Source of the DNA: Mustelus asterias
Taxonomy: Eukaryota
DNA: 64,000 nt
Direction: 5' to 3'
Assembly (NCBI RefSeq): GCF_964213995.1
Contig: NW_027590122.1
Span: forward strand, 1,116,001 to 1,180,000
The notes under the pieces were generated by a model. The model did not search any database and was not told where the DNA came from. It worked only from the letters and a program-made list of their open reading frames with translations. Positions within the stretch are counted from its first letter, which is position 1. Every line of letters starts with the position of its first letter. A program made the position numbers and the translations under genes. Shown piece after piece: positions 35,569 through 48,703 of the stretch.

Positions 35569-36330
35569 ACTGCAATGCAACAATGTTTGGAAACTGGCTC
35601 CACAAACACGTCAATTGCCCACAGCAATTTATATTTTCATTGTTTCTGCTGGTACCTCCTGTTAGAATGTTTCACGATACATTCTACTGCCTGAAATTCG
35701 TGTGATAACATGCTCGACATACCTTGCATTACGTTTATCTTTCTCTACACCCTACCTATGTCTGTAAGACTACATTCTGCACTCCCTCGTTTCCTTCTCT
35801 ATGAACGGTATGCTCTGTCTGTATAGCACGCCAGAAACAATATTTTTCACTGTATGTTAATATATTTGACAATGATAAATCAAATCAAATCATACGTACT
35901 CCATAAAGTAAGTTATTCAACATTTAGCAGTGATGGGCTTCGATCGTACGCCTTAATTCATGTTACTACCCTGAATTCAATGCCTGAGACAACTCATCAA
36001 CGCTGCCAGTGGAAGCCTTGAGTGCGGATCTGATACTGACAGTGAACAGAATGGAATCAATGGCGTAGGACTGGGTTACATGTCCCATTGAGCCTCCTCC
36101 ACGGCAGATCCGCAACCTCAACCCCAAATTCTTATCTTTCCAAATAGCCCTTCATTCCATTAGATTCCAAAAATCACTCCAACTCAACCTTCAATATCCT
36201 CAGTAGTTTGTTTTTGAATGTGAACTGAACATGGATCAATCAAAATATTAATTTGTTCTTTACCTATTGCCTCTGCTGGTTCCTCCTTTCAAAATGAATA
36301 CGATTCTTTCTGCTGCATTAAATCTGAGCT

Positions 36331-36670
36331 CATAGAAATCATAGAAGCCCAACAGTGCAGAAGGAGGCCATTCAGCCCATCGAGTCTGCACCGACCACAA
36401 TCCCACCTGGGCCCTACCCCCACATATTTACCTGCTAACCCCTCTAACCTACGCATCTCAGGACTCTAAGGGGCAATTTTTAACCTGGCCAATCTACCGA
36501 ACCTGCATATCTTTGGACTGTGGGAGGAAACCGGAGCACCCGGAGAAAACCCACGCAGACACGAGGAGAATGTGCAAACTCCACACAGACAGCGACCCGA
36601 GCCGGGAATCGAACCCAGGACCCTAGAGCTATGAAGCAGCAGTGCTAACCACTGTGCTACCGTGCCGCCC
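36331..36670 (-). mobile_element. HE1/V-SINE, full length
   Basis: tRNA-derived head ggcacggtagcacagtggttagc..ggttcgattccc; core gtggagtttgcacattctcc..ctccggtttcctcccacagtccaaaga; CR1-like tail. Confidence 0.9.
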
Positions 36671-36754
36671 ACGAATCTTTCTTACAAATTTCTCGTCAGA
36701 AATGGAACACAACTACATTCCTTGCACAAACGCAATAAAATCAGCATCAACATT

Positions 36755-38500
36755 GGTTGAATTCCAGCTCTCCATTCCTCCGGCAGTGTCACCGCTCAAA
36801 CTGCGATTTTCTCCATTCCGCTTTATTTATCTCACAATTACGGATTTCTGAATGAAAACTGTTCGCAATCAGTAGAAGTCAAATACTTTAGTGTTTCATT
36901 CAGGGAGAGGTTTTCTTGTCATTTAGTCCGAGATTTTTATCCAGAAATGTGGAATATTTCTGTCAATACATCTGACCTATTACCACCCGGACTTTAGCTT
37001 GTATCACCATCTCCATCTTCAGCGCTTTGCAGCCTATCACTGCCTTTGACTATCTGTGTTTGATCTCAGCCTGTCACCCATGTAACATTTCCAACTCGGA
37101 AGCAAAACTGCAAATCTCCCTCCACTGATTCTGGCAGAGCTGCTTTGGAACAGGAAGTATTGCTGGTTTGTTTATTTTTTTTAAATCTGAATATATCGAA
37201 GGCAGTCTGCGACCCTGAAAGCGTCGAATACTAACCACGAGACCACCAGGATCTCATCTGCCTGATTCTCCCAGATACTGATTACAGCAACGTGCACAGC
37301 GCCAATTATCCACAGTCACGCACTCCTTCCAGTCTGTTAATATATGACATTGTTCATATTTTCACACTGGCTTCTATTGTGACAAAAACAGAGCTGCGAT
37401 GAGCTGATGTTGTTCAGCAGATTTTCAGCAGTAAGGTTTATATCAGTTCTTTGAACGTGGTGAGCTCCAATGAAATTTAATGCAGTTGAAGGGAGCTTAC
37501 GCATTTTGACAGAATGAACCAGCAAGAACACTGTGAATAGGGATTGCTGTGGGTCATTGACGGGATTGTGGAATGGGACTGAAATTTCTCCCTGCTGTTC
37601 AAATTGCCACAGGCATTGACCGACCATTGTCAGACTGGTGCTCTGTGGTGTAATGGTGAGCACGCTGGGCTCTGAAACCCGCGGTCCGAGTTCAAATCGC
37701 GGTGGAACCTTGCTTTAATTTGCAAATGCCTATGAGTAATCGCCTAAAGGGCGTTTCATTTAATTTTCTCACAAAGTCAGAATCGAGAGGACAATTTGTC
37801 AACCTGTTCAATTGCTATGACAATACACATTGCTGGACCTCTGGCGCCAGATGCCTGCAATGTCAGTGTTTTTCATCTTTTAGCTACGGTTTAAATCATC
37901 TGTTGAAAGAAAGAAGCAGTTGGTGTCACATAATAACAGTGCGACTGGAGTCTTGCAATTATTGCGCGTGTGTTTGTGTATGTGTGTGCGTGTGTATTTG
38001 AGAGAGAGAGAGTGTGTGTGTGTAGGTGTGTGTGTGTTTTGGGAGAAAAGTCTAGTGTCTTCGATCAGAGTGCTGTCGATTCCATGGTGTAACGGATCGC
38101 ACTCTGGCCTGCCGCCTCCGAACTCTTGTTTAAATTGGAACAGATGAGTAAGTGAATGACACTTGAATGTGAATGTGGAATCATGAATGTGGACTCCGTG
38201 CCTACTGTGGCTTTCCAGCCTCTCAGCGCTTTGTATTCTTGAGGAAACGTCCTCTGGAGCTGATGCAATGACGCCAGGAGAGTCCTTCGCTGCATCGCCT
38301 GCAATGTGATTGCGGTGGAATTTGCTGAGAATTCCTCAGTGTTTAGATTTCCACTTTCTGAGAATTTGAAATAAAATGCTCTTCAGCAAGAAAAAAAGCA
38401 ATGCTCTGGCGGGATTGAATTCGGATTGTTGGATTCAGGGTTCAGAGTGCTCACCGGTAATCCACGGATCCCAATACGCGCCCACTACCTGCAAATGATC
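36755..38500 (+). repeat. Segmental duplicate of 24555-29330 without the CR1 insertions
   Basis: Colinear text incl. gaattccagctctccattcctccggcagtg and the same Glu/Gln/Gln relic order. Confidence 0.85.
37639..37710 (+). pseudogene. tRNA-Gln(CTG) pseudogene
   Basis: tggtgtaatggtgagcac..ctCTGaa..ccgagttcaaatcgcggtggaacct. Confidence 0.75.
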
Positions 38501-38716
38501 ACTCGAAGAATTTGACCTCTTTCTTTCGATGTGGCAGCAACAGCAAGTGCAACAGAAACGTCTCACTATGCGCCAACGTTGATAGGAGACAAGCTCAGAA
38601 GGCACAGTCCCCCAGATCGACATCAAGTCATTTCCTTCGCAAGCCGTATCGGGAGATATCAGCAGAAATAGTCATGTTTCACAGGTCATTTGCAATGTTT
38701 CACAGGTCATATCCTG

Positions 38717-38788
38717 GGTTCCGTGGTGTAATGGCGAGCACTCTGGACTTTGAATCCAGCGATCTAAGTTCAAATTTCGGCGGAACCT
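38717..38788 (+). tRNA. tRNA-Gln(TTG), best preserved copy
   Basis: Perfect acceptor GGTTCCG/CGGAACC and anticodon arm CTGGA-CTTTGAA-TCCAG; T stem weakened; T-run follows. Confidence 0.8.
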
Positions 38789-39119
38789 TTTCTTTCTTTG
38801 CCAATGCTGATGATTGATTTGCGAAAGGGCATTTCTTTAAAATCTTTCACCAAGTGCGAATCGAGAGGACAATTTGTCAGCCAGTTCAACTGTTACTTCA
38901 ATGCACTTTGTTGAGCCTCTGGCGCTCGGTGCTTGCAACATCTGTGTTTTTTTAAGTTTTCGCTACTCTTTTACGCTTTGTCGAAACAAAGGGGCAGTTG
39001 GTGTCAGGGAACAACAACCCTTCGACAGGAACCTGGCAATTATTGAGCAAGAGTGTGCAAGTGTGAGATCTGGGTGAAAGGTTTCCTGCCTTAAACCTGC
39101 GCCCTGTTGCTGCCCTGTT

Positions 39120-39191
39120 GGTTCCATGGTGTAACGGTTAGCACTCTGGTTTTTGAATCCAGCAATCCGAGTTTGAATCTTGGGGAAAAAG
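39120..39191 (+). pseudogene. tRNA-Gln(TTG) pseudogene
   Basis: ggttccatggtgtaacggttagcactctgg..; 3' acceptor lost. Confidence 0.7.
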
Positions 39192-39283
39192 TGTGCTCAT
39201 CGTCCCAACTCTTGTTTAACTTGGGAAGGTGACTCAATGAATGGTATTGGTAGGGGAACCCTGACTTCTGTGCGGTTTTTTCT

Positions 39284-39592
39284 GGCACGGTGGCACAGTG
39301 GTTAGCACTGCTGCGTCACAGTACCAGGAACCGGGGTTCAGTTCTGTCTTCGGGTCTCTGTCTGTGTGCAGTTTGCACTTTCTCCCCGTGTTGAAGGAAA
39401 CCGAGCACGCGGCGGACAATCCGATGATGTGCGGTTTCGAGTGATTGGCCATGCTAAACTGCCCGTAGTGTCAGGGGGACTAATAGGGCCAATACGTGGG
39501 GTTACGGGGATAGGGCCTGGGTGGGATTGTTGTCAGTGTAGGCCCGGTGGGCCGAATGGCTCCCGTCTGCACTGTAGATTTTCTATGATTCT
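39284..39592 (+). mobile_element. HE1/V-SINE
   Basis: ggcacggtggcacagtggttagcactgctgc head; ctatgattct tail. Confidence 0.85.
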
Positions 39593-39793
39593 GTGTCTAT
39601 ACGTTTGGTATTCTTCAGCAATCGTCCTCTGGACAGATGCAATGACACCAGGAGAGTCATTCGCTGCATCTTCTGCAATGTGATTGCACTGGAATTTTCT
39701 GGAATTTCCTCAGAGTTTCAAATTCCACTTTCTGGGAATTTTAAATAAAATGCCCTTCAGCAAACCAATCATCTGCTTTAGCAAACCGAAGAG

Positions 39794-39865
39794 AGGTTAC
39801 AGCGAGGTCCAAATTCGAATTGCTGGATACAGAGTCCAGAGTGTTCACCATCACACCATAGAACC
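39794..39865 (-). pseudogene. tRNA-Gln(CTG) pseudogene
   Basis: ggttctatggtgtgatggtgaacactctggactCTGtatccagc; B box damaged. Confidence 0.7.
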
Positions 39866-40779
39866 AGGAATACAGCAGTCCACTGCAAATGGTCACTCAA
39901 AGCTTGTGACCTCTTAATTCAATGTGGCAGCAACAGAAACAGCAAGTGGGTGAAACGCCTTGAGTGAGCATTTGCAGCTGGCCGCTCTGTTCTAGGTTTA
40001 CTGGTCTGACGGTGAGCACTCTGAACCCAGCGAACTGAGTTTAAATTTATGCGGATTCTTGATTTCTTTGTGAAAGCTGATGATTGATTTGCTGAAGGAC
40101 ACTTCGTTTAAAATTTTCACAAAATACGAAGTGAGAGGACAAATTGTCAGCCAGTTCAATTGCTATGACAATGCACATTGCTGAACCTCTGGCGCCAGAT
40201 GCCTGCAATGTCAGCGTTTTTAAAAAAATATTTTCTCTACTCTTTAACTCCTCTGTTGAAAGAAAGGAGCAGTTGATGTCACACAACAACTATTCGACTG
40301 GAGAGTGGCAATTATTGAGCAAGTATGAGTGTGAGTGTTTTGTGTGTGTGTGTGTGTTGGAAGAATGGCCTCCTGTTTTAGGTCAGAGTGCTGTCGGTTC
40401 CATGATGTAATGTTTAGTACTCTGGACTCTCGCCTTCCCACCTCTTATTTAAATTGGGACAGATGTGTGAGTGAAGGACATCTGTAGGTGGACCTCCTGC
40501 TCTCTGCCTCTGAGCTCTTTGTATTCTTGAGCAATCGTCCTCTGGGCTGATGTAATGACGCCAGTAGACACATTCGCTGCATCGTCTGTAATGTGATTGC
40601 GGTGGAATTTACTGAACAAGTTTCAGTGTTCCGAATTCCAATTTCAGAGACTTTTTAATAAAATGTCCTTCAGCAAACCGATCATCGGCTTGAGCAAAGA
40701 AAAGCAAGGTTTCACCAAGGTTTGAACTCAGATCGCTGGCTTCAGTATCCAGAAATGGTCATTTTTCACAGCGGCAATT

Positions 40780-41530
40780 TCACAGTGATAAATCACACGG
40801 AAACGTCCCTTCAGCCCATCGCGCCCCCACCGGCCAAACAACTACCTCTCAATTCTAATCCCATTTTCCATTACTTGGTCAAGTGCCATGTGTGCTTTGG
40901 CATCGCAGTACACGTCGGAATATTTTGTCAATGTTAAGAAGGTCTCTGCACCCTCCCCCCCCCCCCCATCCCGCCAACCCCGCCCACCACACATACCCCC
41001 TGCAATGCTTTCAGGTAGTGATTTCCAGACTCCCATCACTCTCTGGGTGAAAGGTTGTTTCCTTGCATCCCCTCTAAACCTCGTGCTAATTACGTTAAAT
41101 CTTCACACCTGGTCACTTAGTCGCTTCACCAAGGGGAAAAGGTGATTCCTGTATATTCTGGCCATGGTCCTTTTAGTTATGAGGGACATAGACACATTGG
41201 ACAAGGAGCAGCTGTTCCCTGAGCTGAATGGTCAGTCACGAGGGGACACGAGTTTAAGGTGAGGTGCAGGTGGCTTAGGGTTGATGTGAGGATTTCCCTG
41301 TCTAACCAGAGGATGGTGACACTCTGGAATCCGCTGCATGGGAGGCGGTAAAGACGGATTGCCTCCCATCCTTTAAGAAGTATCTGGATGAGCACTTGAC
41401 ACATCATAACATTCAGGGCTATGAGCCACTGCTGGTAGATGGGATTAGGTGGCATTTCGGGTGTTTCTAATGTGTTGGTGTGGACTCGATGGGCCAAAGG
41501 GCCTCCTCTGCGCTGTATTGTTCGAAGAAT
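40780..41530. mobile_element. Two CR1-type 3' fragments in opposite orientation
   Basis: 3' UTR and terminal ORF2 text: minus ~40780-41150, plus ~41170-41530. Confidence 0.6.
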
Positions 41531-42812
41531 CTAAGAAATCCCGGGTCAGAACCAGCCCTGGTGTGAATCTAATCAGAACCGTGAAGTATTTGAATGGTCC
41601 CTCTCCAGTGTGACCTATTGTATCAATGAATGGGATGACAGAGTGAATCCCTTTTCACTGTCAGCTGGTGATGACCTTATTCACACTTCGAATTTCCCTA
41701 TCAGTTTTCAGCTCACAGGGGGATCTCAGAGATTTATTTGCAATAATCCCGCATTATGAGAAGTCACCAATTAAATAGAGATATCCTGCTGCAGATGATT
41801 TACATATGCAATAAAAACAGGAAAGCCTGGAACTTTCAGCCAATCTGAGTGCAGCTGTGAAGAGTGAAACGTTGTTTACATTTCTAGTCTATGTACTTCC
41901 ATTGGAATTGCATTGTGTCTCTGCAGAACTCGATTGGCTCAGTTTATCAATCCACTGAAGCTGTCAGTGAAAACTACCCCCCACTTCACTGGGAATAAAT
42001 GGAACACGTTTATCATTGCAGCCGAACAAATATTCCTTTCTGGGATATTCCAACAACACCTGATGGGACAGAAGGGACATCAGTTTAAAATATCCATCGG
42101 TGCAGCAATCTCTCAGTTCATTGCGGGAATTTTAAACTATATTGTTGTCTTCAAGTCGTCGTAATGCGATTCGGCCTAATGACATTCCAAAATCGTTACC
42201 AACAGAGTCACAGCAAATTAAACTATCCAATGTAACAGAATTACTGGCAGGATTAAAGGGAATGGTGCAGTAATGTGTTTCACCCAGACGGTGGCTTATA
42301 GTGCTCGCAGCCTGAGCTGTGGTGAGGCAGGAGCCTCCATTGGTTTCAAAAATAAAATACTTGGAAAAAAAGTTGTGGTCCTGTAACCGACAGGGATGCA
42401 CAGAAACAGCTACAATGTGGGATTAAACTGGAATAAATTAGAGATTTAATGGTTTACAAACAAATACAGAGTCAAGGAAAACAGAGGACGAGAGGAGGAA
42501 AGATCAAACGTCCTTACGATAAAATGTAAGGCTGGAGTGATTGAATGACAATGGGGATGATTATTGTTTCCACTGACACAATATCCCAGATTTGGGTTCA
42601 AATTTGGCGCAAAATTAGAAGAAACCTTCTCGCTGAATAAAGCCACTAAACTCTTCGACTTCGAGGGAAGCAGAGATAGCTTTAGAGCAGAAAGCGTTAA
42701 ATGAGATATTAACAAAGCGGGATGGAGAAAGTCTCAGTTTGAGCGGTGACAATGCCGGAGGAAAGGAGAGCTGGAGTTCACCCAGGGGAGCACTAAAGTT
42801 TAAAAATAATGA

Positions 42813-42884
42813 CACCTAACTGGGGCTCAAGTCCAAAACCCGGAGATTAAGAGCTTCATGCTTTACAGACTGAGCGAGCCAGGC
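42813..42884 (-). pseudogene. tRNA-Lys(CTT) pseudogene
   Basis: gcctggctcgctcagtctgtaaagcatgaagctCTTaatctcc. Confidence 0.7.
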
Positions 42885-43502
42885 ACAGGGAAGAGGCGGC
42901 ACTCCATATCATAAAATATGTGAAGACTAACATGTTTTTGTCCATCTGTTGTCTCAGCATATTCTGATTACAAAGTTTACAATTAACCGGCCGACAGAAT
43001 CCCCAAAGTTTCAATGTATTCCTCCCAATCATCAATAATTTCATTCGCAACTTCCACTTCTTACGTTCATCTCCATCCAAACATTGCAAATTCCCCTCTC
43101 ATCTTTCGCCTTAATATTTTTGTTCTAAGTGCCCCAGCCAGGTGGAAACAACGTCTCGATATGTACACTGTCAAACTGTCTCCCAGATTCAGACTTTTTC
43201 GTCAGCTCACTTCTTGTTATTGTAAACTACAGGAAGAACAGACTAATCCCACTGAATCACTCCTCCTTGGTCAACCGCTCCATCACATGAATCAATCCAG
43301 TGAATTTAGCTGACCCAGAGGCAGTGGGAAAAAGAGCAAAAGAGTGAACAGTGGTAGATGCACAGAAAAGAGACTGCGGGTGGAAAAGAAGGGACAGGTA
43401 TAGAGAGACACAGAAACACAGAGAGAGACAGAGATTGGGATGGGCACATACAACCCATGAATGAATAACAATAAACACACAGCCAGCTGTCCAAATCACA
43501 AG

Positions 43503-44205
43503 CATAGAGTCATAGAGTTTCACAGCATGGAAACAGGCCCGACACCCCAAATTGTCCATGCCGGCCCTTTTTTAAACACTAAACTAATCCCAATTGCCCA
43601 CGTTGGGCCCATATCCCTCTATAACCATCTTACCCATTTAACTGCCTGAACACATTTTAACAGACAAACTTGTACCCGCCTCTACTACTACTTCTGGCAG
43701 CTTGTTCCAGACATGCACGACCCTCCATGTGCAAACAAATGCCCATCTGGATACTTTTGAATCTCTCCCCTCTGACCTTAGAACTATGCCCTCTAGTTTT
43801 AGACTCTCCTACCTTTGGGAAAATATATTGAGTAGCTGATCTATGCCCCTCATTATTTTATAGACCACTATAAGATCACCTTGCAAGAGACTTTTACGCT
43901 CCAGAGAAAAAAGTCGCAGTCTATCCAGCTTTCCTTATAGTTCAAACTATCAAGTCCCGGTAGCATTCTAGCAAATCTTTTCTGCACTCCTTCTCGTTTA
44001 ATACTATCCTTTCTATAATAGGGTGGCCAGAATTGTACACAGTATTCCAAGTGTGGCCTTACCAATGTCTTGTACAACTTCAACAAGACGACCCAACTCT
44101 TGTATTCAATGTTCTGGCCAATGAAACCAAGCATGCTGAATACCTTCTCCACCACTCTGACCACCTGTGGCTGCACTTTGAAGGAGCTATGAACTGTACC
44201 CGAGG
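43503..44205 (-). mobile_element. CR1 3' end
   Basis: LYKTLVRPHLEYCVQFWPP; catagagtcatagag tail. Confidence 0.9.
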
Positions 44206-45160
44206 TCTCCTTTTTTCTATAACTCAGAATATCACAGGCGAGGGAGGGCACCTCGGAGGGCTCATACAGCGAGGCAATATAAGTAGAGCTCAGGAATAAG
44301 AAAGGTGTAGTCACAATGTTGGGGGTTTACTATAGGCCACCCAACTGCCAGCGGGAGATAGAGGAACAGATATGTAGGCAGATCTTGGCAACTGTAAAAG
44401 TAACAGGGTTGTTGTGGTGGGCGATTTTAACTTCCCTATATTGATTGGGTCTCACTTAATGCTAGGGGCGTGGATGGGGCAACGTTTGTAAGGAGCATCC
44501 AGGAGGGCTTCTCGAAACAGTATGTAGATAATCCAACTAGGGAAGGGGTCATACTGGACCTGGTATTAGGGAATGAGCCCAGCCAGGGGTCGATACTTCA
44601 GTAGGGGTGCAGTTCGGGAACAGTGACCACAATTGAGTAAGCTTTAAGGTACTGATGGATAAAGATAAGTGTAGTCCTCAAGTTAAGGTGCTAAATTGGG
44701 AGAAGGCTAATTACAACAATATTAGGCAGGAACTGAAGAATGTAGATTGGGGGCAGATGTTTGAGGGTATATCAATATCTGGCATGTGGGAGACTTTCAA
44801 GTGTAAGTTGATAGGGATTCAGGACTGGCATATTCCTGTAAGGATGAAAGATAAGTATGGAAAGTTTTTGGAACCTTGGATAACGAGAGATATTGTGAGC
44901 CTAGTCAAAGAGAAAAAGGAAGCATTTGTCAAAGCTAGGAGGCTGGAAACACACGAAGCAAGTGCAGAAATCAAGGAAAGTAGAAAGAAACTTAAGCAAG
45001 GAGCAAGGAGGGCTAAAAGGGCTCACGGAAAAACATTGACCAGCAGGAGTAAGGAAAATCCCAAGGCTTTTTAAAGAGCGAGAGGGTAGCCAGGCAGAGG
45101 GTTGGCCCACTCAAGGACAAGGGATGGAATCTATGCGTGGAGCCAGAGGAAATGGGCGTA
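44206..45160 (+). mobile_element. CR1 APE/tether fragment
   Basis: GVYYRPPN, VVGDFN, SDHN, NWEKANY, PWITRDI. Confidence 0.88.
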
Positions 45161-45214
45161 CTTTTAATACTACGCCCATTTTCTCTGGCTCCACGCATAG
45201 ATTCCCTCCCTTGT

Positions 45215-46143
45215 TGTGTGGTGTCGTGGTCACTGTTCCCCTGAAGGCTGGGTAGTTTGCTGCGGACAATGGTCTGTTTCAGGTTGTGCGGTTGTTTGAA
45301 GGCAAGAAGTAGGGATGTGGGAATGGCCTTGGCGAGATGTTCGTCTTCATCAATGATATGCTGAAGGCCCCGGAGAAGATGTTGTAGCTTCCCTGCTCCG
45401 GGAAAGTACCACACAACCCTGCCACAGCAATCTCTGCAAGATGTGCCGGATCATCGACACGGATGCCATCATCTCACGTGAGAACACCATCCAGCAGGTA
45501 CACGGTACATACTCTTGAAACTCGGCCAACGTTGTCTACCTGATACGCTGCAGGAAAGGATGTCACGAGGCATGGTACATTGGGGAGACGATGCAGACAC
45601 TACGACAACGGATGAATGAACACCGCTCGACAATCATGAGGCAAGAGTGTTCTCTTCCTGCTGGGAAACACTTCAGCGGTCACGGGTATTCGGCCTCTGA
45701 TCTTCGGGTAAGCGTTCTCCAAGGCGGCCTTCACGACACAAGACAATGCAGAATCGCTGAGCAGAGACGGATAACCAAGTTCCGCACACATGAGTACGCC
45801 CTCAATCGGGATCTTGGGTTCATGTCACACTATCTGTAACCCCACGACTTGCCTGGGCTTGCAAAATCTCACTTACTGTCCTGTCTGGAGACAATACACA
45901 TCTTTTTAACCTGTGCTTAACGCTCTCCCCACTCAAATTGTCTGTACCTTTGAGACTTGATCAACTGTAAAGACTCGCATTCCAACCATTATTTTTTAAA
46001 TTGAGTTTGAGTATTTATATGCCCTCTTTGTGAACAGAACTCCCAATTACCTGACGAAGGAGCAGCGCTCCGAAAGCTAGTTGCTTTTGCTACCAAATAA
46101 ACCTGTTGGAATTTAACCTGGTGTTGTGAGACTTCTTACTGTA
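45215..46143 (+). mobile_element. Penelope-like element 3' part (GIY-YIG endonuclease) with inverted 5' segment 45215-45409
   Basis: NVVYLIRC..WYIGET.QTLRQRMNEHR..HF..AEQ..LNRD; terminal repeat with hammerhead core. Confidence 0.92.
46048..46082 (+). ncRNA. Minimal hammerhead ribozyme motif
   Basis: CTGACGA-A-GGAGC(AGC)GCTCC-GAAA-GCTA in the Penelope 3' repeat. Confidence 0.65.
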
Positions 46144-47588
46144 CAGGGGAGGTCCCAGAGGATTGAAGAATAGCCACTGTTGTTCCTTTGTTTAAGAAGG
46201 GTAGCAAGAATAATCCAGGTAATTACCGGCCGGTGAGCCTGACATCAGTGGTAGGGAAATTATTGGAGAGGATTCTTCGAGACAGGATATATTCCCACTT
46301 GGAAATATGTGGACGTATTAGTGAGAGGCAGCATGATTTTGTGAAGGGGAGGTCGTGTCTCACAAACTTGATCGAGTTTTTCGAAGAAGTGACGAAGAGG
46401 ATTGATGAGGATAGGACAGTGGATGTTGTATACATGGACTTCAGTAAGGCCTCTGACAAGGTCCCTCATTGCAGACTGTGTACAGGGTGAATTCACATGG
46501 GATCAGAGGTGAGCTGGCAAGATGGATACAAAACTGGCTTGGTCAAAGAAGCCAGAGGGTAGCAGTGGAAGGGTGCGTTTCTGAATGGAGGGCTGTGACA
46601 AGTGGCGTTCCTCAGGGATCAGTGGTGGGACCCTTGCTGTTTGTAATATATATATAATGGTTTGGAGGAAAATGTAACTGGTTTGATTCGTATGTTTGCA
46701 AATTTTGGTGGGTGTTGGTGTATTTGCGGATAGCGATGAGGACCATCAGAGGATCCAGCAGGATGTACATCAGTTGGAGACTTGCGCAGAGAGATGGCAG
46801 ATGGAGTTTAATCCGGACAAATGTGTGGTAATGCATTTTGGAAGGTCAAATACAGATAGAAAATATACAATAAATGGCAGAACCCGTAAGAGTATTGATA
46901 GGCAAAGGGATCTGGGTGTACAGGTATACAGGTCACTGAAAATGGCAATGCAGGTGGAGAAGGTAATCAAGAAGGCGTACAGCATGCTTGCCTTCATGAG
47001 CCGGGACATGGAGTTTAAAAATTGGCGAGTCATGTTGCAGCTTCATAGAACCTTAGTTAGGCCGCACTTGGAATATAGTGTTCAATTCTGGTTGCCACAC
47101 TACCAGAAGGATGTGGAGGTTTTGGAGGTGGTACAGAAAAGATTTTCCAGGACGTTGCCTAGCATTAGCTATGAGGAGAGGTTGGGGAAACGTGGTTTCT
47201 TCTCACTGGAACGACGGAGGTTGAGGGGCGTCCTGATAGAGATCTACAAGATTATGAGACGCACAGAGAGAGTGGATATTCAGAAGCTTTTTCCCAGGGT
47301 GGAAGAGTCAATTACTCGGGGGGCACAGGTTGAAAGGATATGTACGAGGCAGATTTTTTACACAGAGAGTAGTGGGTGCCTGGAACTCGTTGCTGGGGGA
47401 GGTCGTGGAAGTGGATACGGTCGTGACTTTTAAGGGGCGTCTTGAAAAATACATGAATAGGATGGGAATCGAGGGATATGGTCCCCGGAAGGGTAGGGGA
47501 CTTTCGTTCAGTCGGGCAGCATGGTCGTTGGAGGCTTGGAGGGCTGAAGGGTCTGTTTCTGTGCTTACTTTTCTTTGTTCTTTGTTCT
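46144..47588 (+). mobile_element. CR1 RT and 3' end
   Basis: NYRPVSLTSVVGK, GVPQGSVVGP, RPHLEYSVQFW; ttctttgttc tail. Confidence 0.93.
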
Positions 47589-47589
47589 C

Positions 47590-48400
47590 ACCAACGCCCT
47601 ACCATTAACTGAGCAAGTCCTGTCCTGGTTCGATCTACCAAAATGCATCACCTCGCAATTATGTAAAATAAACTCCATCTGCCATTCGTCAGCCCACTGG
47701 CATAATTGATCAAGATCCCGTTTGCAATCCTCGATAAGCTTCTCCGCTGTGCACTATGCCTCCAATATTGTTGTCATCTGCAAACTTACTCATCATGTTT
47801 CCTAAATTCTCATCCAAATCATTAATATAAATGACAAATAGCATTATAACCAGCTCCGATTCCTGAGGTACACCGCTGGTCACTGGCCTCCAATTTGAAA
47901 GCAACCCTCTACAACCACCCTCTGTCTTCTGTCATCAAGCCAATTTTGTATCCATTTGGCTACCTCACATTAGATTCCGTGAGATTTAACCTGATGCAAC
48001 AACCTGTCATGTGGTGCCATGTCTAATGCCTCCTAACGTCCATGTAGACAACATCAACTGCACTGGCCTCATCGACCTTCTTGGTTACCCCTTCAAAAAA
48101 CACAATCAGATTTGTGAGGCATTGTTTTCCACTCACAAAGCCATGCGGACCGTCCCTAATCAGTCCTTGCCTCTCTAAATGCCTGTAGATACTATCTCTC
48201 AGACTACCTTCTGACAACTTACCCACTACAGATGTGAGGCTCACCGTCCTGTAGTTCCCAGGCTTTTCCCTGCAGCCCTTTTTAAACAAAAGCACGACAG
48301 TTGCCAATCTCCAATCTTCAGGCAGCTCACCTTGGGCTTTCGATGATTCAGACATCTCTGCAAGGGGAGCCGCAATTTCCTCCTGAGCCTCTCACAACGT
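47590..48400 (-). mobile_element. CR1 RT fragment
   Basis: LPEDWRLATVV, NYRTVSLTSVVGK, KFADD. Confidence 0.88.
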
Positions 48401-48613
48401 GGGAGGTCGTCTGAAGGCATGAGGTCCTCTGAATTCGTGTCCGCAGGCATAGTCACCTATTGAAAATGTATTGATTTAATTGTGAGCCTGCTATGGTGTT
48501 GGATTGTGCTCAGGTTCTCAAACCAGAACCCATATGAAGCAATCCCGTCGTGTGCAATGAAAATAAATTTTTCAAACCAGCGCATTGTCCAATCCGAAAC
48601 AGAAGTAAAAAGC

Positions 48614-48703
48614 CAGCTCGGCCGAGACTTGAGCCCGAGACCTCATGCAAGTTTGCGAACTTTAACACCCAAAGCAGGAATCATACCCCTAGGCCAACTC
48701 GCC
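48614..48703 (-). pseudogene. tRNA-Pro(TGG) with 18-nt intron (48650-48667), likely pseudogene
   Basis: ttggcctaggggtatgattcctgc-TT-TGG-G-[tgttaaagttcgcaaact]-T-gcatgaggtctcgggctcaagtctcgg; T5 terminator nearby. Confidence 0.72.

Noticed and set aside
36595-36670. tRNA-like sequence with A and B boxes
   Set aside because: It is the head of an HE1/V-SINE, not a tRNA gene
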